Positions 12,579-24,351 of a DNA stretch of 64,000 bases are shown in pieces. Both the position numbers and the translations under genes were made by a program. The stretch is from contig NC_068981.1 of the NCBI RefSeq assembly GCF_001194135.2, positions 99,581,082 to 99,645,081 of the forward strand, in the 5' to 3' direction. The stretch's first letter is position 1. Every line of letters begins with the position of its first letter. This DNA is from Octopus bimaculoides (Eukaryota). The notes under the pieces are model-generated. The model was not told the origin of the DNA. It worked only from the letters and a program-made list of their open reading frames with translations, and ran no database searches.

Positions 12579-13244
12579 ACTATTCATGGCTTTCTTATTG
12601 TATAGTGTTAAGCGGTGTCAGTGCTGTAGAGTGGCAAACCAAGTCAGTGTTTGCAAGTTCAGTTCCTGGTAAAGACATGTTATTTCACTTCGTTTACTTC
12701 TCATCCCTGTGTTAACCACTAAGTAAATAACCCAGAGAGATCTCATGCTGATTTGTCTATGACATAGTAGAAGATGAAGTATTTGATGGCAATTACAACC
12801 TATTAAAGATTATAGGATGTCTAAATATTAACTATAGGTCATCGTTGATTGAGTCATTACTCTTATGAGTCAATCAACCATGACTTATACTTAATATTGG
12901 CTGGCTGACTAAAAGAAATTATCATATTCTGTCATCAGAGACACCAAACCTCAATTGTCTATTCTATGACCCCAATCTAAGTGATTGCCATGTCACCAGT
13001 TGCAGGAGTGTAATAATATTTCTGTGAAACACTCTATTCTTATTTTTGTTGTGGATGGTGATAATAGTGGTAGAACAACAAGACAATTTTTTCTACTATA
13101 AGCACAAGGAGTGAAATTTTAGGGGAATGGGTAGTTGATAATATCAACTTTGTGCTCAACTGGCACTTATTTTATCAAACCTACAAAAATGAAAGGCAAA
13201 GTCAACCCATTTACATTTGAACTCAGAACATAGAGATTTTTTAC

Positions 13245-13363
13245 CTTATTTCTCCAAAAACACTGCCTTCATGAAGTGTTGCCAAAACTGTGTTGTTATC
13301 TGAACCTCCAACTACTTCCACCTGCCCATTGTTTACTATGTACATCTCTTTACCAACTTCTCC
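13245..13363 (-). CDS. CNGB: CNGB exon, CNBD beta-roll: [39 protein letters not shown](S)
   Basis: cttcctag acceptor, gtaaaa donor; 119 nt, phase 0/2; GEVGKEMYI and GSVFGEIS motifs. Confidence 0.97.
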
Positions 13364-13499
13364 CTAGGAAGAATAGGCAAAATAAGTCACTATTAAAATA
13401 TATACATGAAAACACCAAACAAAATTTTAAAAAGCATTATAACTTAATGGTAAATACAAGGACTTGTTGTGAAGCCATTCATTGAAACAGATTCTGCTG

Positions 13500-13860
13500 T
13501 ATTTCACGAGGGTCATTATACCAATAATAAACACACACTGGTTCTATTTCACTTCTTTATTATTTGTCAATTGGTAAACTATTTAACAAATTAACTAATT
13601 GATTGTTTGACTAATCAATTACTAAGTTATGCTTATGAAAGCCTTTCTGTTACCATATGTGACCTCTTCAAAGATATGCTCCCTCTAAAGGTTGTGAATA
13701 GCAATGAAAAGACTGACAAATATAACTGATTGATTAATTAACTGACTGATTAATCAAAAGATCAATTAGTTGGTTAAATAGTTAACGAATTGACAAATGA
13801 TAAAGAAGTGAATCTGAATCAGTGCATGTTGATTATTGATAAAATGACCCTCCTGAGATA
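13500..13860. repeat. About 360-bp inverted repeat with degenerate hammerhead-like centre
   Basis: tatttcacgagggtcatt / aatgaccctcctgagata ends; arms align along their length. Confidence 0.8.
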
Positions 13861-14286
13861 TAACAAAAATATTTTAGAAAATATACTTCTTGTACAATAA
13901 TAATTTCAGAGGAACAATAAATAGCATGGCTGTAAGGTTAATGTGCTAGACTACTAAACAAACATGGTGATATGAGTTGAAAACTTGCTCTAGCCATTTA
14001 GTTGTGTCACTGAGCAAGCTTCTACCTTAAGATGTAATGCCATAAATATTTGTTGAGGGAGGTATAGTTGACTAGTATTTATTTTGCTGATGTTGAATGA
14101 AGAAAAGCGAAAATCAACATCTTCAGGATTCAAACTCAGAAGGTAAAGGATGTAAGTAAATAACCACATGATATTTGCCATGATGATCTACTGATTCTGC
14201 AAGTATTGCAAATATGATGAGAAATCTTTAAAAAACATGACTGCAAAAGATTCATCAAATATTTTGTACAGCTACTGGTGAAAGTA

Positions 14287-15001
14287 CAGGGTGGTCTGAA
14301 AGTCTTGTTACCCCCTACATATTGTTTATTATTGTTATTATTATCACTATTTTTTGTTTTAGTACAACCCCACCTCACATGTAATGATTTGGGCTGCCAT
14401 ATCAAGTAAGCATCTGATAGGACCCTATTTCTTTGAGGGCACTGTTAACCAGCAATCTTATTTGGCCATGTTAAGGGAATGGTTTGTTCCACAGCTCCAG
14501 AGGTTGACTGTTGACCTGAATGATTGTTGGTTTCAACAAGATGGTGCCCCACTCCACTATGCTATCACTGTCTGGGAATACCTAAATGAAGATTTTCGGG
14601 ATAGATGGATAGGGCAAGGATCGCAACAACTTCCAGCACCTATTGACTGGCTGCTCAGAAGTCCAGACCTCATGCCTTGCGATAATGCTCTGTAAGGTAC
14701 TATCAAGGAAAGAATTTCACATGAATGACCCCAGAATACCCATCAGTAGAAGGGTGCTGTTCAGAAAGCCTTTGCAACAATCACCAAAGCACAGCTTCGA
14801 AAAATATCACACATGACATGGTGCTGCATCATTTTGTGCCATGAAAATGATGGTGTTCATACAGACCTTGTCGATGTGTGACAGTGTCAATGAAAGTGAA
14901 TAAACTAAATCCAGTTTGTGCTTTGGATTACTGCATTACTTGTTCTTCTATTGTTCTCATTACTTTTTGGTAGGAGGTAACAAGATTTTCTGACCACCTT
15001 G
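14287..15001 (+). mobile_element. Internally deleted Tc1/mariner element (DD41D/rosa-like) with TIRs and TA TSDs
   Basis: TA|CAGGGTGGTCTGAAAGTCTTGTTACC ... GGTAACAAGATTTTCTGACCACCTTG|TA; ORF 14384..14695 has WFQQDGAP..RWIG..RSPDLMPCD. Confidence 0.9.
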
Positions 15002-15103
15002 TATATTCACGCACATACACATATTAATATACTTATATATATTCTGGATCAGTTGTCCATAAGTTAGAAAAAAACCACACGCTAAAAGAGAATTTGAGAG
15101 GTT

Positions 15104-15281
15104 ATACTTTTATTTTGTCAAGCAGTATATTGCTGGATATGTCACATAACCAGTCTGAAAGTTACCACTGGTTTCATACTTACTATTTCCAAATGCAGTA
15201 GCAGGTGTGAAACCAATGGTTAACTTTCTAACTGGATATATGCCATATCCAGGAATATAATACTTGACAAAATAAAAGTAT
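15104..15281. repeat. About 180-bp inverted repeat
   Basis: atacttttattttgtcaag / cttgacaaaataaaagtat and ctggatatg / catatccag. Confidence 0.8.
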
Positions 15282-15309
15282 GTGTATACAAGCACACATA
15301 AATATATAT

Positions 15310-15376
<67 letters not shown>

Positions 15377-15812
15377 ATGTTGATATCATATTGTCAAATT
15401 TTTAAGAAGATCACTTTGCAATCAAGACATCCTAGATTTGATACCATTGTGTTTTGGGCAAATATTATTATGACTCTAGTCAAATCTAAACTGTGTGAAA
15501 TTGGGTAGACATAAACTGCACAGAAGCCTGTGTAGTAGGTGGATTGTACCAGTAATTCAAAAGGTACAACCTTGTCACAGACTGTGTCATGCTGACTCTA
15601 CTTGAGAATCATGTTAAGGATATAAATGTCTAAGCATTGCTCAGCTACTTACATGTTACTTCAGTAGCAAGTTATCCAGTTGATCGAACAACTGAATCTT
15701 CATCAATGAATGCAGGAGACACCCCACTATATATTTGTGTATGTGTGTATATATATATATATATGACATATGAACTACTAAAAAGTAAGTAGAAGTTAGA
15801 GAATAGACTAAC

Positions 15813-15896
15813 CTTGTGACAAATAAAATCTCCTGGGAGACAAAGTACTGGTCGTAACTTGGCAACTAAATCAAATAACAAGTTCTGATCGCAGTC
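15813..15896 (-). CDS. CNGB: CNGB exon, CNBD start: DCDQNLLFDLVAKLRPVLCLPGDFICHK
   Basis: aatag acceptor, gttagt donor; 84 nt, phase 0/0; LPGDFIC.K motif. Confidence 0.96.
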
Positions 15897-17479
15897 CTAT
15901 TAAAGAAAAAAATGGTTTAAAAGTTATTTAATAATGTATACATGAAACAGATTTCGTATTGAGGTAAGTTTACATAACAAATTGTCTCAGGTGGAAGTTA
16001 TAAATTACATATTTGTTTTTATTTATGTTCCAGAGAGGGTGGGAGGAGCATTCTGTTGGTTAGGATTGATCATTTATCTTTATCTGTATGAGTATGCTTG
16101 AGCAAGTTGTTTTTGTGGAAGGCTGGTGGTTGCCTGTGTATGTGAGTAACCCCTCTCTGTGTTGCCAATATTGTCTGAGGGAAAGGTCAGCACTTCAGCA
16201 CTGAGACAACTTGGTACTAGTGACATCCAAAGGGTTGGAACAAATATTGCAAAGCCTCTCATCTGATGCTTTAACATTTTTACTGATCCACTACTCTGGA
16301 TTGGTACTTCTACTTACCTCCACAAAAGGATGAAAGGTAAAGTTGACCTTATTGAAATTTGAACTTGGAGAACAAAGAGTCGAAACAAATACTGAGAGGT
16401 ATTCAATGATCTAACAATTCTGCTGCCACTTTACCACCTGAGAGAAGATAGAGGCTTTGCTTATAACCTATGAAAGCTTTCACAAAGTAAAAAGAGGAGA
16501 AGAGAGGGTAGGTAAATTTAGAGCATGTCACCAATACACTGATACACTATTTTTATCAAATAACTCTGCACATTGTTGTCGTCATTTAACGTCCATTTTC
16601 TATGCTGGTAGGGTTAGACAGTTTGATAGGATCTGGTGAGCCACAAGGCTCCATTGAGTTACAACGTCATATATTGAAATATTACATACATATATTTAAA
16701 TATTATCATTTAAATGTGGGTATTTATTTTTTAAAATTTCACCCAAATCTACTTTATCATAATGCTTAGTTGTGTAGAAGTACTTTTGATAATCTGAAGA
16801 GGAGGGGTGCTTTTGATAATCTGAAGAAGAGGAGGGGGTGCTTTTGATCTTTCAAAGACTGAAGACTAGCGATAATTAAGTTAGGTTGAAATCTAACAAG
16901 ATGCAGTTCTGGAAGAAAAGATTGTACTTGTATAAGTATGGATTTGGGAGTAGGGTGACATGGAATGGGTAACAATAAAGGGCAGTAGGAGAACTGACTG
17001 AGAGGAGTTGTTTATCCCCAGGTCAAACCTGATCCAGTACATCAATAGTCAAAGGTGCTCAAACTATTCCTAACTCCCTTTTTGCTTTTCAACTATAGTG
17101 TATCTAAGATTATATTATCCAAAATATCATTTCATGCTTCTTTAAGTAGTAGGGTCTGATTTAGAGAGATCTGGCTGCACTTTTTAGCAGATTGAGTGAC
17201 AACATAGAGGTCCCTTTAAACGAAGTTGTTAAAGAGTTGGTAATTCAGATGACTTGAGAGGGTTATACTGTTAATTAAAAAAAAACAAAGTGAAGACTTG
17301 CTTTGATGACTGGTCAGTATTGTAGCATGCTTATAGATAAAACCTTGCTAAACAAGTTTATTATTATTATGGTCAGGTTCCAACCTGGGCCACAACAACA
17401 AAGTCTACCTGCCACATTTCTCGGTCAAACATCACTATTACTGCCTTGAGGTCTTGGACACATTTCAGACCAGTGTCTA

Positions 17480-17900
17480 CAATTAAGTTGTTGATGTATG
17501 ATGAGGTTTCCTGCTTCTTACATCACTAAGAAGTGTGTTCCACAAGATTAATTTGGATGCTTCCAGTTCAGGGTGGTGCAAGCAGTGACCAGATAGTTGC
17601 AGCCACCATCTTTGCCTGATGTCGCTAACTTTCAGCAGGTCTCCATAAAACAGGTTAACAGTGCAGAGCTGGATACAATCTAGAAGCACATATGTCATGG
17701 AGGTCATACTAATTGTTGAGCAATATTTTACTGTGTGTATGTTACAGTCTTGCTTTGCATAGAGTCAACCAAAGTATATTCTTGTTATAGAAACAAAACT
17801 TTATGATACAGTCTGGGTTATGTTAAATATCTGGGATCATCTAGAGTGGTCAATGGAGTTTGTAAGATTTAATATTTTTATAGAATATATTGGCTTTTAG
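17480..17900 (-). mobile_element. Degenerate RTE-like LINE C-terminal fragment
   Basis: ORF 17483..17707 contains LQLSGHCLHHPELEASKLILW, matching the RTE 'LAGHC.RHPE..A.KL.LW' pattern. Confidence 0.6.
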
Positions 17901-18072
17901 TTGAGGACAATTTCATCTTAATGAGAACAGCACAAGAAAAAACTCATTCTTTCATGTTTGAGAAATGAAGCTACAGGCTTTAGGTTTAGGGTTGTAGATT
18001 ACAAGTGAAACTTCCAATCAATGTTAAAAACAATATAGCTCTTCACAATTTTCAGTTAAAACTGATACAGAC

Positions 18073-18170
18073 CTGAAATATTTTTAACTTGCTTAATGTG
18101 CTATAATGTACATGAATTGCTAAGTCTATTCTCATCTTCCGGGGTAAAGTTTCAATCAGAGAATTTTCAT
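18073..18170 (-). CDS. CNGB: CNGB exon, C-linker end: (D)ENSLIETLPRKMRIDLAIHVHYSTLSKLKIFQ
   Basis: atatttcag acceptor, gtctgt donor; 98 nt, phase 1/0; LP.KM..DLAI.VH motif. Confidence 0.96.
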
Positions 18171-18398
18171 CTGAAATATAAAGACACATAAGTCATTATT
18201 AAGAATAAATAAATAAATAGATAAAAATATTATTACCAAATTTTAACAGCATTTGATGATATTCATAATGTCAGTACTACATCAAAAGATGAATTTTGAT
18301 AATCTGGTTGAATTGATATCACATAGATAAAGAGTGGACCCAGCCAAAAAAGGATTTCATTCCTAGATTCAAGGGTAAATATTTTGAAGAAAAAGTTA

Positions 18399-18517
18399 TA
18401 TTACGGCCATATCACGTTGAAAGCACCGGTTCTCGCCCGATCACCAAAGTTAAGCAACATCGAGCCTAGTTAGTACTTAGATGGGTGACCGCTTGGGAAA
18501 CCTAGGTGCTGTAAGCA
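18399..18517 (+). pseudogene. 5S rRNA copy, probably a pseudogene
   Basis: 119-nt match to the metazoan 5S pattern (..TACGGCCATATCACGTTGAAAGCACCGGTTCTCGCCCGATCACC..AGTTAAGCAAC..AGTACTTAGATGGGTGACCGCTTGGGAA..GTGCTGTAAGC); several apparent CpG-decay changes, no T4+ terminator. Confidence 0.85.
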
Positions 18518-18521
18518 TTCT

Positions 18522-18685
18522 TAGGCGCAGGAGTGGCTGTGTGGTAAGTAACTTGCTTACCAACCACATGGTTCTGGGTTCAGTCTCACTGTGTGGCACC
18601 TTGGGCAAGTGTCTTCTACTATAGCCTCGGGCCGACCAAAGCCTTGTGACTGGATTTGGTAGATGGAAACTGAAAGAAGCCCATC

Positions 18686-18729
<44 letters not shown>

Positions 18730-18938
18730 ATATGTTTGTGTGTCTGTGTTTGTCCCCCCAACATCGCTTGACAACCGATGCTGGTGTGTTTACGTCCCTG
18801 TAACTTAGCGGTTCGGCAAAAGAGACCGATAGAATAAGTACTAGGCTTCCAAAGAATAAGTCCTGGGGTTGATTTGCTCGACTAAAGGTGGTGCTCCAGC
18901 ATGGCTACAGTCAAATGACTGAAACAAGTAAAAGAGTA
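18522..18938 (+). mobile_element. tRNA-derived octopus-type SINE, family A, full length
   Basis: Head aggcgcaggagtggctgtgtggtaag..gggttcagtc (A/B-box-like), internal TA/TG microsatellite, tail gactgaaacaagtaaaagag; homologous copies at 25761, 37811, 45991. Confidence 0.85.
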
Positions 18939-19629
18939 TAGTTAACCAATTTTATTGTAGTTTATTACTGGTAACTTAGTGATTCTAGAAAGATGAAGGG
19001 CAATGCTGAGCTTCATATGGTTTTAGCTTAGGATGCTGAAGAATTAAACTAGAAACTGTAAAATAATTAGGTTAGCTCTCTAAAATCTCAATCATCATCA
19101 TAACTATAGGCATTATAAAAATTATGATTCTGCTGCTTCAGATTCATGCCTTTCCTAAGTTAACAACTTTGTAAACAATACAGTTTAAACAGTAAAATCA
19201 GAATCAAGTGCCAGAGTCAGTTTGCTCAAAACTTCCACAGTAGTTATCAAGAACTATCTAAGTAATCTAGATAACTTTGTAACTGACTGCTGCACAGAAC
19301 TTTCTCATGATAACAGTCCAAGCGGATATGGTACATGTATACCTTGAGATTAAAATGATACTAAACATTTCATTGTCTCTGTTTCGACAACTAATCCTAT
19401 ATACTTCACTTTACCTTGCTGACAGAAACAGACATGTAAAGTGGAAAAGATATCAGATCTAAAAATATTACTTATGATAGGGCTGCAAGCTGGTAGAATT
19501 TTTAGCACATTAGGCAAAATGCTTAGTGGCATTTTGTTCATCTTTACATTCTGAGTCCAAATTCTGCTGAGGTCAACTTTGCCTTTCATCCTTTCGGGGT
19601 CAATAAAATAAGTACCAGCTGAATACTGT

Positions 19630-19753
19630 NNNNNNNNNNNNNNNNNNNNNNNNNNNNNNNNNNNNNNNNNNNNNNNNNNNNNNNNNNNNNNNNNNNNNNN
19701 NNNNNNNNNNNNNNNNNNNNNNNNNNNNNNNNNNNNNNNNNNNNNNNNNNNNN
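19630..19753. other. Assembly gap (124 N); a second gap of 10 N at 406-415
   Basis: N runs, each flanked by identical sequence on both sides. Confidence 0.95.
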
Positions 19754-21369
19754 TTTACATTCTGAGTCCAAATTCTGCTGAGGTCAACTTTGCCTTTCAT
19801 CCTTTCGGGGTCAATAAAATAAGTACCAGCTGAATACTGTAATCAACTTATCCCCTCCTCCAAAATGTTCTGGGCTTGTGCCAAAATTTGAATCCCAATA
19901 TTACCTATGATAGACTTGTGACTTATTTCAATGGCAATTCATCTCTTCCATGCAAACAGAGCTAAACAGTAGACTACTGTATTTTGTATAGAGTAATTTC
20001 ATTCTATTCTCATTATTTGGTTCCTATATAAACCACACCAGTATACTCTCATGCCACAGAAACAACCAGTATATCATTACAGTTACTATGAAATCACTAT
20101 AACCTCTCCATTATCATTTCAGACTTTATCACACTACACCACATAACATGAGGTTACGATAAGTCTCATTTCGTTACCAAGGGTACAATTGCACCACTAT
20201 AAGTACCACAACACTACTATAAGACAACACCATAGTAAGTACTAACACTACACCACAATCGTTCTCACTTTTCCTGCAAGTATCCCTCCATCTCCTCCTC
20301 CCAATAATTAGTACCACATTACTACAATCTCTCTTGCAACATCTTGGTCACCACTTATCTGCTTACAGGTTAAATAGAGTAGCAAGTGTCGAATTTTTTA
20401 TTTCAGATACAATATCAATTTGTGCTGGTCACTGTTGAGATATCTGGTGTTCTATAACCCTGTACTACTGATTTCATCTGCAAAATAGGGATAATGGCAG
20501 CCCATTGGAGGAATAAGCCCTGTGAAGTGAAGTGGCTGCTGCAGTGAATGTCACAGGCCATTCTTTGTGGCAATGCCACCACAGTCATTACCGTTTGTTC
20601 TGTGGTATGTGGCTCATTGCCCATTCCCTCTCCTGCTGCTTTACTCACCCCCAACTTTTTCCCTTTTCTTTCTTTTCCTTTCTTCTCTTTCTTATTTCAT
20701 GTTTCTTTGTATTTAAATGTTCTAATAAAATTTTATATAGCATATAATGGCATCAATGCAACATTGATTTATAAGTCTTTAGCTAAGAACTAGACACATT
20801 TTCTATCTGACCCCAGTAAATTATCATTGTTGTTTATTTACATAGAGGTCCAGTACAATGATCATACATTGTTTTCTAATACTCATACAGATTTCTAAAT
20901 GCTTTAGTTCTAATGGGCTGACAAACAGGTTCCATACCATCCACATATGTTATTACAGTTGAGTTGGTTAGCTGCAAGAATTTAAATATAACTGCAAAAC
21001 CAATTAACTCCCAAAATCTATAAATATAAACACTGAATCATCATCATCATCGTTGAACTTTCATTTTCCATGCTGGCATGGATTAGACAGTTTGACCGGA
21101 GCTGGTAATTGAGAGAGTTGCACCAGATTCCAGTCTGTTTTGGCTTGGTTTCAATGGCTGAATGCCCTTCCTAATGCCAACCACTTCTCAGAGTGTACTG
21201 GGTGTATTTTATATGTCACCAGCATGAGTGCCTTTTATGTGTCACCAGGACTGGCCACAACCACAATTTTACTTAACATGACGTGTCTTCTAATGCACAA
21301 CACATCACATGATCATACAATGCAAACTATCCTGAGAAACTGTAAAATAGTGAACTGTGAAGGATATAC

Positions 21370-21529
21370 CTAAAGTTTTTTGTTGTTCCCAATTGTAATT
21401 AAACCAATTCCGGACTCTTCCCTGCATTTCTTTTGGTAAATTTATGGATTGCATGTACCACGATGTAATGTCCATCTGTTTTCTGTAACTTGCCTCTACT
21501 TGTCCTGCAGCATGTACAATATCACGGAT
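21370..21529 (-). CDS. CNGB: CNGB exon, C-linker: IRDIVHAAGQVEASYRKQMDITSWYMQSINLPKEMQGRVRNWFNYNWEQQKTL(D)
   Basis: caacag acceptor, gtatat donor; 160 nt, phase 0/1; RVRNWF.Y.W..QKTL motif. Confidence 0.97.
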
Positions 21530-21789
21530 CTGTTGATGAAGAAATTGGAAACTAATGATGGAAAAATAACTCAAATATCAGATTTTTTCAGAAGAAAAAC
21601 ATTAAAACCTGAAACAAACTAAAAAAAGAATAAATCATATCAGCTATAATTTCTGTAATTATTAAAGCAATTCATTATTTGTTAACATTCTCAAATTAAT
21701 TAATGTTTTTACTGCAAAGATAAGATAATCAGTGCATTGGTATATATAACTGACTGGGTATATGTATGCGCGTGTGCACATACATACAT

Positions 21790-22660
21790 TGTGTGAAAAA
21801 GTGCACACCCTAGTGGTTGAGGGAACCTGTGAAGGAGGTAGACCCAGGAAGACCTGGGATGAGGTGGTGAAGCATGACCTTCGAACATTAGGCCTCACCG
21901 AGGCAATGACTTGTGACTGGGACCTTTGGAAATATGCAGTGCGTGAGAATACCCGGCAAGCCAAGTGAGACCATAATTCAAGGCCTCTGCTATGGGTGTA
22001 GCCAGTTCATTTATGCATACCTTTCCTTCATTGGACACTAAACTCTGTTTGCGAAGACCTGTTGAGGCAAATGAAATCGATTCAAATTCGATGACTGGCA
22101 CCCATGCCAACCTCTCCTTCATTGAACACTAAACTCGGCTTGCGAAGACCTGTTGGGGCAAGTGAACTCGATATCATGATTGAACCAAATCCGATGACTG
22201 GCACCTGTGCCAGTGGAGCGCTAAGAGCACCGTCCGAGTGTGATCATTGCCAGAGCAGCTGTTTGGCTTCCGTGCCAGTGGCACGTAAATAACACCATTT
22301 GAGTGTGATCATTACCAGCGTTGCCTTACTGGCACTTGTGCTGGCGGCATGTGAAAAAACATTTGAGCGAGGTCATTGTCAGTGCCACTGGACTGGATCC
22401 TGTGCAGGTTGCATGTAAAAAACATCATTTTGAGCGTGGCCATTTCCAGTACCGCCTGACTGGCCCTTGTGCTGGTGGCACGTAAAAGCACCCACTACAC
22501 ACTCAGAGTGGTTGGCGTTAGGAAGGGCATCCAGCTGTAGAAACTCTGCCAGATCAGATTGGAGCCTGGTGCAGCCTTTTGGTTCGCCAGTCCTCAGTCT
22601 AATCGTCCAACCCATGCTAGCATGGAAGGCAGACGTTAAACGATGATGATGATGATGATG
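21790..22660 (+). mobile_element. 5'-truncated RTE-clade LINE: ORF2 C-terminus, long 3'UTR and (GAT)n tail
   Basis: Peptide VEGTCEGGRPRKTWDEVVKHDLRTLGLTEAMTCDWDLWKYAV is the typical RTE C-terminus; ends gacgttaaacgatgatgatg. Confidence 0.8.
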
Positions 22661-23431
22661 TATGATGCACAATGCACAGTGAATTGAGTGCAAATAGACA
22701 AAGATGTCTGGTAAGCTTATTACAGATTAGAGATACATAAAATGTGACTGATTTAAGCTAAATTCCACTGCATGATTGATATTCTAATTGTTGTCTTTAA
22801 ATATCTATTATGGGATACACTATCTTAAGAGTTTAATCATAAAATATGACTGATACCAGTCAATATAGACAGCAAGGAGATTAAACCGATCAATAAACTA
22901 TAAGGAAGATTCAAGCAGCATTTATGAGCCCACCTTAATTCAAACAAGAAATGAGGTTAATATGGCTGATGTTAAATTTAAACAATTTCTGATATGGGGG
23001 TGATGAGGAAGAATTTGGAAGAGTAGAAATCTATCTTTGTAATAGCTGGTTTAGTTGCTCTGAAAAATACCTTATTAGTTTTTGATTTCAAAATTGAGTT
23101 GCAGATAGTTTTTGGTGACTCTATAAAAAGCACTTTTTGGGAAAGAAATACTGGAGTGGGTTCCTGTTATCTTCTCGAGGCCTACAGGAGGGAATTTAAT
23201 ATTTTAAGTAAACAATATACTTCCTGGAGAAAACACACACCTGCAATGTCATAATCTGCTTCCCTCCATGGCATATAAACTTCATTGTGCAACTTTTACC
23301 AATGCAAACCACTAACAAGTTACTTGGATGCAGTTTTTAGTTGTTTATGTTCAGCTAGTTAAGAATATCAGAGTTCAGATACATATAAAATTCCTTGAAG
23401 AAGGGAAAAGAGAAACAAGAAAAACATTTAC

Positions 23432-23573
23432 CTGACCAACAAGAAGAGCAAAAACAAAAACCCCTGACAGCCAATAGAATGTCATGAATACAAATTCTAG
23501 CTCATTGGTGGGTTTTGGGTTGTTACCAATAGAAGTCGCTGTTTTGGTAGCCAAATAGAAACACCTAATGTAG
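23432..23573 (-). CDS. CNGB: CNGB exon, pore helix, filter and S6: [47 protein letters not shown]
   Basis: ttccag acceptor, gtaaat donor; 142 nt, phase 2/0; SIGNNPKP filter lacks the alpha-subunit glutamate (TIGETP), as in beta/TAX-2 subunits. Confidence 0.97.
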
Positions 23574-24351
23574 CTGGAAAAGACAAAATGGAATTCAGTA
23601 AAGTAGTAGTAATTTAATGGAATACATACCAACACACACACATATAAATATCTATTTCTATATGTGTGTATACACACACACATACATAAACATATACATT
23701 ACTGGAAGTAAAAAAATGACTCTTGTATAAAGTAGTGCAATAAAGATATCAACAGATCATCGCTTCAAACACTATCATGAACCAAGTCTATTCTAGAGTC
23801 ACCCCAGTGATGATAGAGATTTTCTATCAACACACTTGCATTTTCAATTTGTTATATGAATTATGAAACCTAACCAGAGGCAAGAAAATCTCTAATGAAC
23901 GACCAAACAAAAAAAAGCCTAGAGAGGATTACTGTATATTATTGCAAGGAACAATGCAGAAATAAATCCAAAGATCCAGGTAATATTAATAATATTTTCT
24001 TATGGTGATACAGAGCCACACGTTTGTAGGAGAGGAAAATATTTAATTGACATAATCTCCAGGATATGATTGGCATGTATTTTGCTCACCAAAAATGGTG
24101 AAAAGCAAGCCAGTTGTCAGTAAGATTTGAACTCTCAATATAAAGGAAACTAAAATTAAATATGCCAACAGTTAGTACAGTCTGAACTCTTAAAATAGAG
24201 AAGACGACTACTAAATAAGCAAAGGTATTTGTCTAATCTACTCTACCACCATTTCACTAGCTTTGTGGCAACTTCAATAATAGATAATAAAAAGTATAAC
24301 AAAATAATAGTAGACATATCTGAGAAAGAAGAAAAGGTTTTATCAACTCAC

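Noticed and set aside
11457-12715. ORFs of 74-149 aa on both strands
   Set aside because: They arise from the GC-rich TIRs and mirror each other; no protein motifs.
15110-15295. 61-aa ORF with plausible composition
   Set aside because: It coincides with an inverted repeat, has no domain motif and no splice support.
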